Below, in pieces: positions 24,540-32,000 of a DNA stretch of 32,000 nt. Source of the stretch: Erysipelotrichaceae bacterium OH741_COT-311 (lineage in GTDB: Bacteria; Bacillota_I; Bacilli_A; Erysipelotrichales; Erysipelotrichaceae). A program made the translations under genes and the position numbers. The notes below the pieces were generated by a model. It had not been told where the DNA came from and ran no database searches. It saw nothing but the letters and a program-made list of their open reading frames with translations. Location of the stretch: positions 1 through 32,000 of the forward strand of contig RQZE01000004.1 in the NCBI GenBank assembly GCA_003858585.1. The letters run 5' to 3'. The stretch's first letter is position 1. Every line of letters begins with the position of its first letter.

Positions 24540-26532
24540 CTTGTACTAATACACTTAAAGCTGTGTGATATTTTTGATCTTTGGTTTTTATGATAATCAT
24601 GGTGCTTCCTTTATTTATACCTGTAATCAATCCTTTTTCATCGACATCAGCTACTTTACGATCCTTACTTTCAAATAGCAAATCATTTATTTGATAGTTA
24701 CTTGGTAAACCTTTAATATGAATTCTTACGTTTTTATTTTTAACAATTAAATAATTATAACGATCTATTAGGATTTTATTTGCATTTAATAAAGGTACTT
24801 CTAACGGTTTAAAACTAGTTTTATGTTCAACGGTACACTTTGGTACAAAGAGCCAATTTTCTAAATGTGTGTATTTGTTTTTGAAAATTTGATGTTTATC
24901 GTCTAAAAGTTCAAACGTTTTCCCTAAATTAAAACGTCCAAGCAATGTATTTTGCGAGTTGACTGTTATATTTAATAGCCAATGTAACGATAAATCTCCA
25001 CAAATCTGAATATTGGAATACTTTTTACTTAACTCATCAAGATAGTCCATTGGTAAATCACTTTGTTCACTGCTTACTTGATTGTTAGTATCAAATATAT
25101 GAATCGTTGACTTTATTAATCCTTTTATACCAGCTTTTAAACCTATATCCATAATTGGTTGTCCAAGCACTCTCAATGCAGCTTGTAATCCAACATATCC
25201 ATTAAAACTCGCTTTTAACACAAAATCTAAATCACCATCAAAATCATTTAGAAAACGAAAATGACCATCTTTTATTTCAAATCCATAACGATTATTAGTA
25301 TCAAAAGTTAATTCCACTCTTCCACTTGCATAAATATGAAGATTTAATGTTAAATACATATCAGCAATAGGGGCATTGGGTAGTGAAACTTTTAATTTCA
25401 ATATTGGTATAGTAATATCAGTAATTTCTTTATCCTTTTGAAACGACTTTGTAATTGTTGTAAAAAATTGACTGACATCTTTATGTAGATGTTTATATAC
25501 ATCAATATAGTTTGATCTATTTAAACCAAAACTACTTAATGTTTTAAAATCCAATCGAAAATATGCATTTTGTAAATTTTTGTATTCATAATTTGGTTGT
25601 ATATCATAGACATCCAGTTCTCCAAATAGGTTATAGTTTCCATTCACTTTCTTTGAAACGTATACATGAATTTTATTTTTATAAATAGAATAACTAACTT
25701 TAAAATCTTTATATACAAATTCTTTTACTTTATTAACTTGAGTTGAAATATAATTCTTTTCCACAAGATCTTGAATATTAAGTGTTTCTTTGACATCATG
25801 TAAATCAATAATATCTGCATCTTCAAGATTTAATGTAAAACTACCCGATAACTTCATGCTTTTCAAAACATCTTCCAATACAGCATCCTTAAGTTGAAGT
25901 TCATAATATTCTTTTTTATCTATAACATCAACAACTTCTTTTAATACGTATCCATCATTACTTTGATATTGAATAACATCTCCTTGACTAACATCCTTAT
26001 CCGTGATAATTTTTTCATCTTTAACAATTCCTTCAACCTCAATGACATTTGTTTTATAATCAATTTCAAAATAATTTTCAAATACCTTATGATTTAATTT
26101 TTCTTTTATAAATGCAATCGCAGCTGTCGCTTCTTCAATTTCTACATAATCAGGTTTGTCATGAAGTATTGCACACGGTTCATATTCGTCGATAATTAAA
26201 CGTTTTATAGTTATGCAATAATATTCTTTTGTAATATAGTCATCTAATTTAAAAGTGTCTATTTCCTCAATAACACCCCAATTATTTAATGCAACTACAA
26301 TATCATAGGCTTCATCATTCTTTAACGAAAGGAATTGTTCTTGTACATTTTTGTTATCTTTAATATTTAAGTTATCACTGATAAGTGTAAACCAATCTCT
26401 AACAGTTATAAAATCTTGATGTATTGTTTGTTTACAACCACTTAAGCAAGTAATCAATATAGTGATTATAAAATACAAACAATACTTCTTAAATTTAAAA
26501 ACTTGATGCATTTGAATTAATTGTTGTTTCAA
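24517..26532 (-). CDS. Lipoprotein of unknown function with a C-terminal bacterial Ig-like (Big_2) domain, embedded in the T7SS-like operon
   Basis: Signal peptide with lipobox LSGC (Cys33 from the 26532 start; alternative ATG at 26511). A ~550-aa beta-rich region that I cannot assign. The C-terminal ~70 aa (VRIHIKGLP...VADVDEKGLITGINKGSTMIIIKT, nt ~24520-24729) fit the Big_2 pattern. It overlaps both neighbours (23 nt with essC-like, 17-38 nt with the WXG-like gene). Confidence 0.75.
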   Translation of the reverse strand: MKQQLIQMHQVFKFKKYCLYFIITILITCLSGCKQTIHQDFITVRDWFTLISDNLNIKDNKNVQEQFLSLKNDEAYDIVVALNNWGVIEEIDTFKLDDYITKEYYCITIKRLIIDEYEPCAILHDKPDYVEIEEATAAIAFIKEKLNHKVFENYFEIDYKTNVIEVEGIVKDEKIITDKDVSQGDVIQYQSNDGYVLKEVVDVIDKKEYYELQLKDAVLEDVLKSMKLSGSFTLNLEDADIIDLHDVKETLNIQDLVEKNYISTQVNKVKEFVYKDFKVSYSIYKNKIHVYVSKKVNGNYNLFGELDVYDIQPNYEYKNLQNAYFRLDFKTLSSFGLNRSNYIDVYKHLHKDVSQFFTTITKSFQKDKEITDITIPILKLKVSLPNAPIADMYLTLNLHIYASGRVELTFDTNNRYGFEIKDGHFRFLNDFDGDLDFVLKASFNGYVGLQAALRVLGQPIMDIGLKAGIKGLIKSTIHIFDTNNQVSSEQSDLPMDYLDELSKKYSNIQICGDLSLHWLLNITVNSQNTLLGRFNLGKTFELLDDKHQIFKNKYTHLENWLFVPKCTVEHKTSFKPLEVPLLNANKILIDRYNYLIVKNKNVRIHIKGLPSNYQINDLLFESKDRKVADVDEKGLITGINKGSTMIIIKTKDQKYHTALSVLVQDEVSTSH

Positions 26533-26788
26533 TTGTTGAATATGTATTTGCAGTAAATTCTAAGAATTTTGCATACGATTCTATAATTTCCTTATCTTCT
26601 TCAAATACATTTGAAAAGTTAGAAAAACGACTACGAATCGTTTCGGAACCTTCACTCATCCATACAAGACTTAAATCTTGCATTTCCTTTTTAACCTTTA
26701 ACAATGCTTCATACATATTGTTGTTGATACTACGAATGGTGGACGCTAAGTTATTTACTTCATCCATTGTAATTTTAATTTCATCCAT
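26495..26788 (-). CDS. WXG100-like small helical protein with a degenerate WxG (W43-MSE-G47) and a C-terminal YxxxE
   Basis: 97 aa with a helix-turn-helix layout. Paralogous to the upstream gene (aligned FLKNTARAYRETQDEI vs FLEFTANTYSTIETTI). W is at the same position 43, but the Gly is displaced by 2 residues. Y83-S-T-I-E87. GGAGG RBS. Confidence 0.55.
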   Translation of the reverse strand: MDEIKITMDEVNNLASTIRSINNNMYEALLKVKKEMQDLSLVWMSEGSETIRSRFSNFSNVFEEDKEIIESYAKFLEFTANTYSTIETTINSNASSF

Positions 26789-26797
26789 AATAGCCTC

Positions 26798-27097
26798 CTA
26801 ATTTACTAAAGCCTTAGCTTGATTATAAATTTCATCTTGAGTTTCACGATATGCACGTGCAGTATTCTTTAAAAATTCACTGTACTGCGTCATAATGTTA
26901 CTTAATTGTTTTAAGTCATCATGAAATCCTTTAATTTGATTTGAAAAAGCAAGATTATCTTTTCCATTCCAATTGTTTTGCATCGTATCTACCGCTTGAA
27001 ACAATTGATTGAAGAGTCGTTGATATTCTTGATTTAACGAATCGATGATGGATGCTGAAGCATCCAAACGTTGTGGTTGACATATAATTTGTCTCAT
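26798..27097 (-). CDS. esxA: WXG100 family (EsxA-like) type VII secretion substrate
   Basis: 99 aa with W43-N-G45 at the centre of two predicted helices. N-terminal pattern I...P..L...A..I......... is typical of ESAT-6-like proteins. AAGGAGG RBS. First gene of the cluster. Confidence 0.75.
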   Translation of the reverse strand: MRQIICQPQRLDASASIIDSLNQEYQRLFNQLFQAVDTMQNNWNGKDNLAFSNQIKGFHDDLKQLSNIMTQYSEFLKNTARAYRETQDEIYNQAKALVN

Positions 27098-27116
27098 AAT
27101 ATTCCTCCTTCATCCC

Positions 27117-27146
27117 TTTATAGTCACTCAACGATAAATGTCTTAA
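27117..27146 (-). promoter_or_regulatory. Candidate sigma-A promoter of the T7SS-like operon
   Basis: On the minus strand: TATAAA (27117-27122) lies 19 nt upstream of the ATG, with a weak TTAAGA -35 at an 18-nt spacing (27141-27146). It sits between the rbfA terminator and the esxA-like RBS. This is weak and based on sequence only. Confidence 0.3.
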
Positions 27147-27181
27147 AAAATAAAAACCATATATAGAATTCCTATATATGG
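27145..27181 (-). terminator. Rho-independent terminator of the nusA-infB-rbfA operon
   Basis: 10-bp perfect arms ccatatatag (27157-27166) / ctatatatgg (27172-27181) with a 5-nt loop, followed on the minus strand by TTTTTATTTTTT (27145-27156). It starts 8 nt after the rbfA stop. Confidence 0.8.
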
Positions 27182-27188
27182 CTTTATG

Positions 27189-27527
27189 TTATTGTTTTGT
27201 TTGACTAATAATGGAATCAATCAGTTGTCCTTTTTCAATCGAATCATCAAGAACAAAAATTAATTCTGGAACTTTACGCATACTTAACTTTGAACCAAGT
27301 TGACTACGAATATACCCTTTCGCATGATTTAACGCCTTCAATCCAGCTTGTTTTCTTTCATATTTACCAATAAAAGATACATAAATTTTGGCATAACTAT
27401 AGTCATTGGTTACTTCGACATCTGTAATGGTGCAAAATCCTACATTTGGATCTTTTAAATCAAATTGTATGATTTCACTTATATCTTTTTTAATAATCGA
27501 TGCTACTCGATGTTGACGTACTGCCAT
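27189..27527 (-). CDS. rbfA: Ribosome-binding factor A
   Basis: 112 aa with the RbfA pattern R..RVAS.I.K.ISEII....KDP..G..TIT.VEV..D...AKIYVS. The start shares one nucleotide with the infB stop (TAATG). Confidence 0.9.
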   Translation of the reverse strand: MAVRQHRVASIIKKDISEIIQFDLKDPNVGFCTITDVEVTNDYSYAKIYVSFIGKYERKQAGLKALNHAKGYIRSQLGSKLSMRKVPELIFVLDDSIEKGQLIDSIISQTKQ

Positions 27528-29362
27528 TATTTCACTGGTACTTGTTGATCAATATATGCTTCAACAATATCACTTTCTTTAATATCATTATAATTTTCAA
27601 TCGTTAGCCCACAATCATAACCTGCGCTCACTTCTTTGGCATCATTTTGGAAACGTTTTAAGGAACCTAAACGTCCTGTATAAGCAACTACACCATTACG
27701 AATTAAACGTACATTACAGTCTTTTGTAAGTTTGCCATCTGTAACCATACATCCGGCAATCGTACCAATTTTTGAAACTTTATAGATTTGACGAACTTCC
27801 GCTTGTCCAATTACTACTTCTTCATATACCGGAGCAAGCATTCCTTTCATCGCCAACTCCATTTCCTCAATCGCTTTATAGATAATGTTATGCAAGCGAA
27901 TTTCTACACCTTCTTCTTCTGCTTTTTTACGAACATTAGCATCTGGACGTACATTGAAACCATAAATGACAGCTTTTGATGCACTAGCAAGCATAACATC
28001 TGACTCACTAATTGCTCCAGCAGTACTACGAATAACATTGACTTTTACACCATCCACATCAATCTTTTCCAGTGATGCTTTTACGGCTTCAGCTGAACCT
28101 TGAACATCAGCTTTAACGATAAGTGGAACTTCTTTTACATCTCCTGCTTCAATTTGAGCAGCCAAATCTTCTAAAGACATCGCACTGGTTGACTTACGTT
28201 CTTGTTCAATTTTAGCTTGTGCTCTTTTTTCAGCAACAAAACGAGCTTCTTTTTCACTATCAAAGACTTTAAAGACATCTCCTGCAACCGGAACATCATT
28301 TAAACCAATAATTTCAACAGGTGTTGCCGGTAAAGCAGTTTTAATTTCCATACCCATATCATTTGTCATCTTACGAACACGTCCAAAACAAGCCCCAACA
28401 ACCAAGCTATCTCCGGCTTTCAAGGTACCATTTTGAACAAGTAATGTTGTTACCGGACCTCTACCTTTATCTAATTTTGCTTCAATAACCGTTCCATAAC
28501 CTGCACGATTTGGATTTGCTTTAATTTCGCTTACTTCTGCCAATACTAAGATATTTTCTAAAATATCCTTGATACCTTCACCTTTTTTCGCACTGATTTT
28601 TACAAAACTTGTTTCTCCACCCCATTCTTCCGGAATTAATCCTAAATCTGCCATTTCATTCATAACACGATCAGGATTTGCAGATGGTTTATCCATTTTA
28701 TTTACTGCCACAATAATTGGTACATTGGCAGCTTTGGCATGATCTACTGCTTCTTTTGTTTGGGGCATAACACCATCATCCGCAGCTACCACAATAATAC
28801 ATAAATCAGTAACTCTAGCCCCACGAGCACGCATTGCAGTAAAGGCTTCGTGTCCTGGAGTATCTAAAAAGGTAACCTTCTTACCATTTACAGTAACTTG
28901 ATAAGCACCAATATGTTGTGTGATTCCACCAAATTCACCATCAACAACCTTTGTTTTACGAATTGCATCCAATAATGTTGTTTTACCATGGTCAACATGT
29001 CCCATAATCGTTACAATTGGTGGACGTTCCTTCAATAATTTTGGATCGTCTACAATATCATCTTCAAGCGAATTTTCTTCTTTCACTACTTCTTTTTCAC
29101 ATTCAATACCATATTCTAAACAAATTAGTTGAATGGTTTCATCATCTAAAGAAGTATTAATTGTTACCATCTTTGATAACATAAATAATAACTTAATAAT
29201 TTCACTGGCATTTTTATTCATTAACTCTGCAAGTTCTTTGACTGTAATACCTTCTTGATACGTAATATGGGTTACTGCCTCTACCTTCTTACTATTGAAA
29301 TTACTATGGTTATTCTTATTATGTGGACGTTTATTTCCACTTTTTCTTACTTGTTTTGCCAT
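27527..29362 (-). CDS. infB: Translation initiation factor IF-2 (short N-terminus, 611 aa)
   Basis: GTPase motifs [21 protein letters not shown] and SAK, followed by the conserved IF-2 domains ([10 protein letters not shown]). Confidence 0.97.
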   Translation of the reverse strand: MAKQVRKSGNKRPHNKNNHSNFNSKKVEAVTHITYQEGITVKELAELMNKNASEIIKLLFMLSKMVTINTSLDDETIQLICLEYGIECEKEVVKEENSLEDDIVDDPKLLKERPPIVTIMGHVDHGKTTLLDAIRKTKVVDGEFGGITQHIGAYQVTVNGKKVTFLDTPGHEAFTAMRARGARVTDLCIIVVAADDGVMPQTKEAVDHAKAANVPIIVAVNKMDKPSANPDRVMNEMADLGLIPEEWGGETSFVKISAKKGEGIKDILENILVLAEVSEIKANPNRAGYGTVIEAKLDKGRGPVTTLLVQNGTLKAGDSLVVGACFGRVRKMTNDMGMEIKTALPATPVEIIGLNDVPVAGDVFKVFDSEKEARFVAEKRAQAKIEQERKSTSAMSLEDLAAQIEAGDVKEVPLIVKADVQGSAEAVKASLEKIDVDGVKVNVIRSTAGAISESDVMLASASKAVIYGFNVRPDANVRKKAEEEGVEIRLHNIIYKAIEEMELAMKGMLAPVYEEVVIGQAEVRQIYKVSKIGTIAGCMVTDGKLTKDCNVRLIRNGVVAYTGRLGSLKRFQNDAKEVSAGYDCGLTIENYNDIKESDIVEAYIDQQVPVK

Positions 29363-29364
29363 AA

Positions 29365-29667
29365 TTACACCCTCTTTCTTAATAGTTCTTTAAATCTATC
29401 AGCAAATCCTACATCAGTAATCCCAATGACCATATTGTTATAAGAACCAATGGCATTACTTAAATATTCACTATTAAACTCAAGACTATATGCAATTTTA
29501 TAGCTATTTGCTTTATCGGTATACCGTTTTATCGTATTGTCTGAAGCATCGTTTGCAATAAATAACAAATACACTTTCTTTTTAAGAATTGCATCTAAGG
29601 CTGATTGTCCTAAAACTATTTTTCCGGCCCTTTTTGCAAGTCCCAATAAATTAAACAGTTGATCCAT
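29365..29667 (-). CDS. ylxQ: L7Ae/L30e-family RNA-binding protein YlxQ
   Basis: 100 aa with LGLA.RAGK...G......I......LL.IA.DAS.NT. Conserved position between ylxR and infB. Confidence 0.8.
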   Translation of the reverse strand: MDQLFNLLGLAKRAGKIVLGQSALDAILKKKVYLLFIANDASDNTIKRYTDKANSYKIAYSLEFNSEYLSNAIGSYNNMVIGITDVGFADRFKELLRKRV

Positions 29668-29920
29668 TAAGTATAATACTCTTTAATTCCTCAATTACTT
29701 CTTCTGTTAATACAACATCCAATGCCCGATTGATGGATCCCTTTTTTATTGCAATATTTAAAGCGTCAAGATTATTTTGAATATAGGCTCCTTTGCCATT
29801 TAACTTACCAGTTAAATCTACTTTTAATTCTCCAGTAGGTGTTTTTACAATACGAATCAATTCTTTCTTGGGGAATTGTTGATTGGTCGCAACACATTTA
29901 CGCATCGGAATCTTTTTCAT
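29651..29920 (-). CDS. ylxR: YlxR/RnpM (DUF448) RNA-binding protein
   Basis: 89 aa with P.RKC......FPKKELIR.V......L..D..GK..GKGAY. Immediately downstream of nusA. Confidence 0.85.
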   Translation of the reverse strand: MKKIPMRKCVATNQQFPKKELIRIVKTPTGELKVDLTGKLNGKGAYIQNNLDALNIAIKKGSINRALDVVLTEEVIEELKSIILNGSTV

Positions 29921-29923
29921 ACA

Positions 29924-31570
29924 TTACATTTCCTCATCATAGTATTCATCATAATCATCATAATCTAGATAATCATCCCACTTAGAATTTTCCATATCTT
30001 CTAAACGTTTGATTTCTTCTAATTCTTCTTCTGAATACTCAATCTTAATTTCATAATCTTTATCTTTTTTAAGATCTTTTGCTCTTAAACGACGCTCTTC
30101 TTCCTCTTTATTTTTACGACGATGATCTTTTTTCTTTTCTGCAACTGGTTTTGATACTTCTGCCAAACGTTCAAATTTAGATACATATTCGCTACGAGGT
30201 TTTAATTCTTTCTTTACCTTAACAGGTTTTTCCACTTCAACAACTTCTTTTTCTACTTCTTTATTTACTTCAACAACTTCTTCAACAGGTTCTACATACT
30301 CTTCTACTGTTTCTTCAAAAGATTCTTCTGTCACTGTTTCATCAACATCTTCTTGCGTTGCCTCTTCAATATTTGAAGTCGTATCTTCTACGATTTCTTC
30401 TACCACTTCTAACTCTTCTTTAATTTCATCTAATTTCGCTTGTACTTTTTCACGACGTATTTTTTCTTGTAAAGCCATGAACTCAAACACTTTCGCTTCC
30501 ATATCAATGCCTAATTCTTCAATTTCACTACGTGTTTTAATATCTATTTTCGTTCCACATAATTTCACTGCCAGACGAGCATTTTTCCCTTTTTTACCGA
30601 TAGCTAAAGACAATTGATTATCTTCTACTACAACTGTAATTCCTTTTGCATCGTCTGCCTTAAATACTGCTAAAATTGTAGCAGGAGCTAACGCATTTTT
30701 AATTAAATCCGCTAAATTATCTGACCATTCAAAAATATCAATCTTTTCACCTTTTAATTCTTCAATAACAACTTGAACACGACTTCCTCTTGGACCAATA
30801 CACGCCCCGATTGGATCTACTTCACTATTTTTTGAATAAACAGCCATTTTTGTACGTTCTCCAGCATCACGTGCAATCGCCTTAATTTCAACAATTCCTT
30901 CAAATATTTCTGGAACTTCTTTTTCAAATAAACGCTTTACTAAACTAGCTTCACTACGTGAAACTAAGACCTGTGCTCCTTTTGTTTCTTTATTACACTC
31001 TGTAATAATGACTTTAATTTTTTCGCCTTCACGGTAATACTCACCAGGAATTTGAGCACTCTTTGGCATTAATGCTAATGTCTTACCTAAATTTACTACC
31101 ACAAAACGTTCTTCCACAGATTCAATTAAGCCTGTCATCATTTCATCAATCATATCAATGTATTCATCATATACAGATTGTTTTTCCGCTTCACGAATTT
31201 TTTGCTTCATAACATTTTTTGCAAGTAAGGCAGCGGCACGACCAAACTCTGTGATATTTACTTCATCTGTTGAAACAGTTGATCCAAGTTCAACATTTGG
31301 ATCGATGGCTTTTGCTGCTTGTAAGGAAATTTCTAAAAAATCATCTTCTACTTCTTCTACAACTGTTTTTTGATGCATAGCCTTAATTGTACCTTTTTTT
31401 TCATCAATTAAAACCAATACTTGAACATCCGGAATATCCACATGTTTGCGATATGCCTTTGCAATGGCTTCTTTTAAAGCAGATACAACGGTTTCTTGAT
31501 CAATTTTACGATCATCTTCAATTAATTGCATTGCTTTTAAAAGCTCTTTAAATTTAATTTGCGAACTCAT
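29924..31570 (-). CDS. nusA: Transcription termination/antitermination factor NusA with a ~200-aa acidic low-complexity C-terminal extension
   Basis: N-terminal domain, S1 (GE..REGEKIKV), KH1/KH2 (DPIGACIGPRGSRVQ, LSLAIGKKGKNARLA). From residue ~346 there is an E/V/K-rich tail ending DDYLDYDDYDEYYDEEM. Confidence 0.95.
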   Translation of the reverse strand: MSSQIKFKELLKAMQLIEDDRKIDQETVVSALKEAIAKAYRKHVDIPDVQVLVLIDEKKGTIKAMHQKTVVEEVEDDFLEISLQAAKAIDPNVELGSTVSTDEVNITEFGRAAALLAKNVMKQKIREAEKQSVYDEYIDMIDEMMTGLIESVEERFVVVNLGKTLALMPKSAQIPGEYYREGEKIKVIITECNKETKGAQVLVSRSEASLVKRLFEKEVPEIFEGIVEIKAIARDAGERTKMAVYSKNSEVDPIGACIGPRGSRVQVVIEELKGEKIDIFEWSDNLADLIKNALAPATILAVFKADDAKGITVVVEDNQLSLAIGKKGKNARLAVKLCGTKIDIKTRSEIEELGIDMEAKVFEFMALQEKIRREKVQAKLDEIKEELEVVEEIVEDTTSNIEEATQEDVDETVTEESFEETVEEYVEPVEEVVEVNKEVEKEVVEVEKPVKVKKELKPRSEYVSKFERLAEVSKPVAEKKKDHRRKNKEEEERRLRAKDLKKDKDYEIKIEYSEEELEEIKRLEDMENSKWDDYLDYDDYDEYYDEEM

Positions 31571-31582
31571 GATCTCTCTCCT

Positions 31583-32000
31583 TTAAAATTTAACTGCCAA
31601 ACGAATCATTTCTATTTCATTATAAGAAAAGGAAACGCTCTTTGTCACAGCTTTTTCTTTATAAATTACGGTTAAAACTTCATCCTCAACATGTTGTAAT
31701 TTAGCCAATAACTCCAGCTTATTCTTTAAAATTGGCTTTTTAAATTTCACATAGATAGGACGATTGATAGCACCCTTTACTTCATCAAGATTTCTCAATA
31801 CACGCTCTGCACCAGCTGAGCATACTTCAAGCATATACTCTCCATCAATGACATCTACTTGATCAAGAAGTTGTGATATATCTTCACTTACTTTCATACA
31901 AGTGTCAATATCAATGGATTCTTCTTTTTTCATAATCGAAATTTCTAAAATTTTACTACGTTTTAGATTTTTGAGTTGAATGTCATATAACTCAACTTTA
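31583..32000 (-). CDS. rimP: Ribosome maturation factor RimP (5' end beyond the window)
   Basis: RimP pattern ...SIDIDTCMKVSEDISQLLD....I...Y.LEV.S.G.ER.L. The reading frame stays open upstream of the track's ATG (31933) all the way to position 32000 (KVELYDIQLKNLKRSKILEISI...), so the gene is truncated by the window. Confidence 0.85.
   Translation of the reverse strand, partial: KVELYDIQLKNLKRSKILEISIMKKEESIDIDTCMKVSEDISQLLDQVDVIDGEYMLEVCSAGAERVLRNLDEVKGAINRPIYVKFKKPILKNKLELLAKLQHVEDEVLTVIYKEKAVTKSVSFSYNEIEMIRLAVKF

Noticed and set aside
20528-27185. The idea that the T7SS-like cluster is carried on a mobile element or prophage
   Set aside because: I could find no integrase, transposase, tRNA attachment site or flanking direct repeats. 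Only a tentative AT-richness supports foreign origin, so I report it as context rather than as a mobile element.
1-32000. Search for CRISPR arrays, tRNA/rRNA genes and riboswitch-like leaders in the longer spacers (9801-9959, 11382-11761, 12992-13229, 15057-15307, 16178-16411, 17987-18414)
   Set aside because: There are no regularly spaced direct repeats, no cloverleaf-compatible GC-rich segments, and no extended conserved-looking structures. The spacers are AT-rich with only the terminator hairpins listed.

Overview
AT-rich window, probably a low-GC Bacillota chromosome; the gene content looks Erysipelotrichia-like, but I cannot confirm taxonomy without a search. Every gene I can support (28 CDS plus 2 gene remnants) is on the minus strand. 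I saw no rRNA, tRNA, CRISPR array, transposase or integrase.

Gene content in coordinate order:
- 130-2809: a lipoprotein-anchored flavin reductase with an FMN-binding domain and a fumarate-reductase-type FAD domain. It sits directly downstream of a MerR/GyrI-like regulator, and a MerR-style 19-bp-spacer promoter lies between them.
- 2822-7450: a K+/H+ antiporter, an ICMT-like methyltransferase, a decayed ADP-ribosylglycohydrolase remnant, a CBM9-like lipoprotein and a ketopantoate-reductase-family gene.
- 7530-15056: a surface-protein region with three predicted sortase substrates, whose sorting motifs are IPKTG, VPKTM and IPKTM. pepA and an orphan gene are interleaved.
- 15308-19569: a stand-alone GIY-YIG/DUF4357 gene, a UcpA-like SDR, a DUF3267 membrane protein and an RNA uracil-5 methyltransferase.
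- 19592-20506: trxB.
- 20528-27097: a compact type VII-like secretion locus.
- 27189-32000: the conserved rimP-nusA-ylxR-ylxQ-infB-rbfA operon, with rimP running off the window edge.

The type VII-like locus is the most interesting part. It encodes two WXG100-type small proteins, a 671-aa Big_2 lipoprotein, an EssC-like FtsK/SpoIIIE ATPase with only one intact P-loop, and a YukD-like small protein. It has no recognisable EssA, EssB/YukC or EsaA/YueB, and no LXG toxin or immunity genes. All functional calls come from reading motifs in the supplied translations; no database search was possible.
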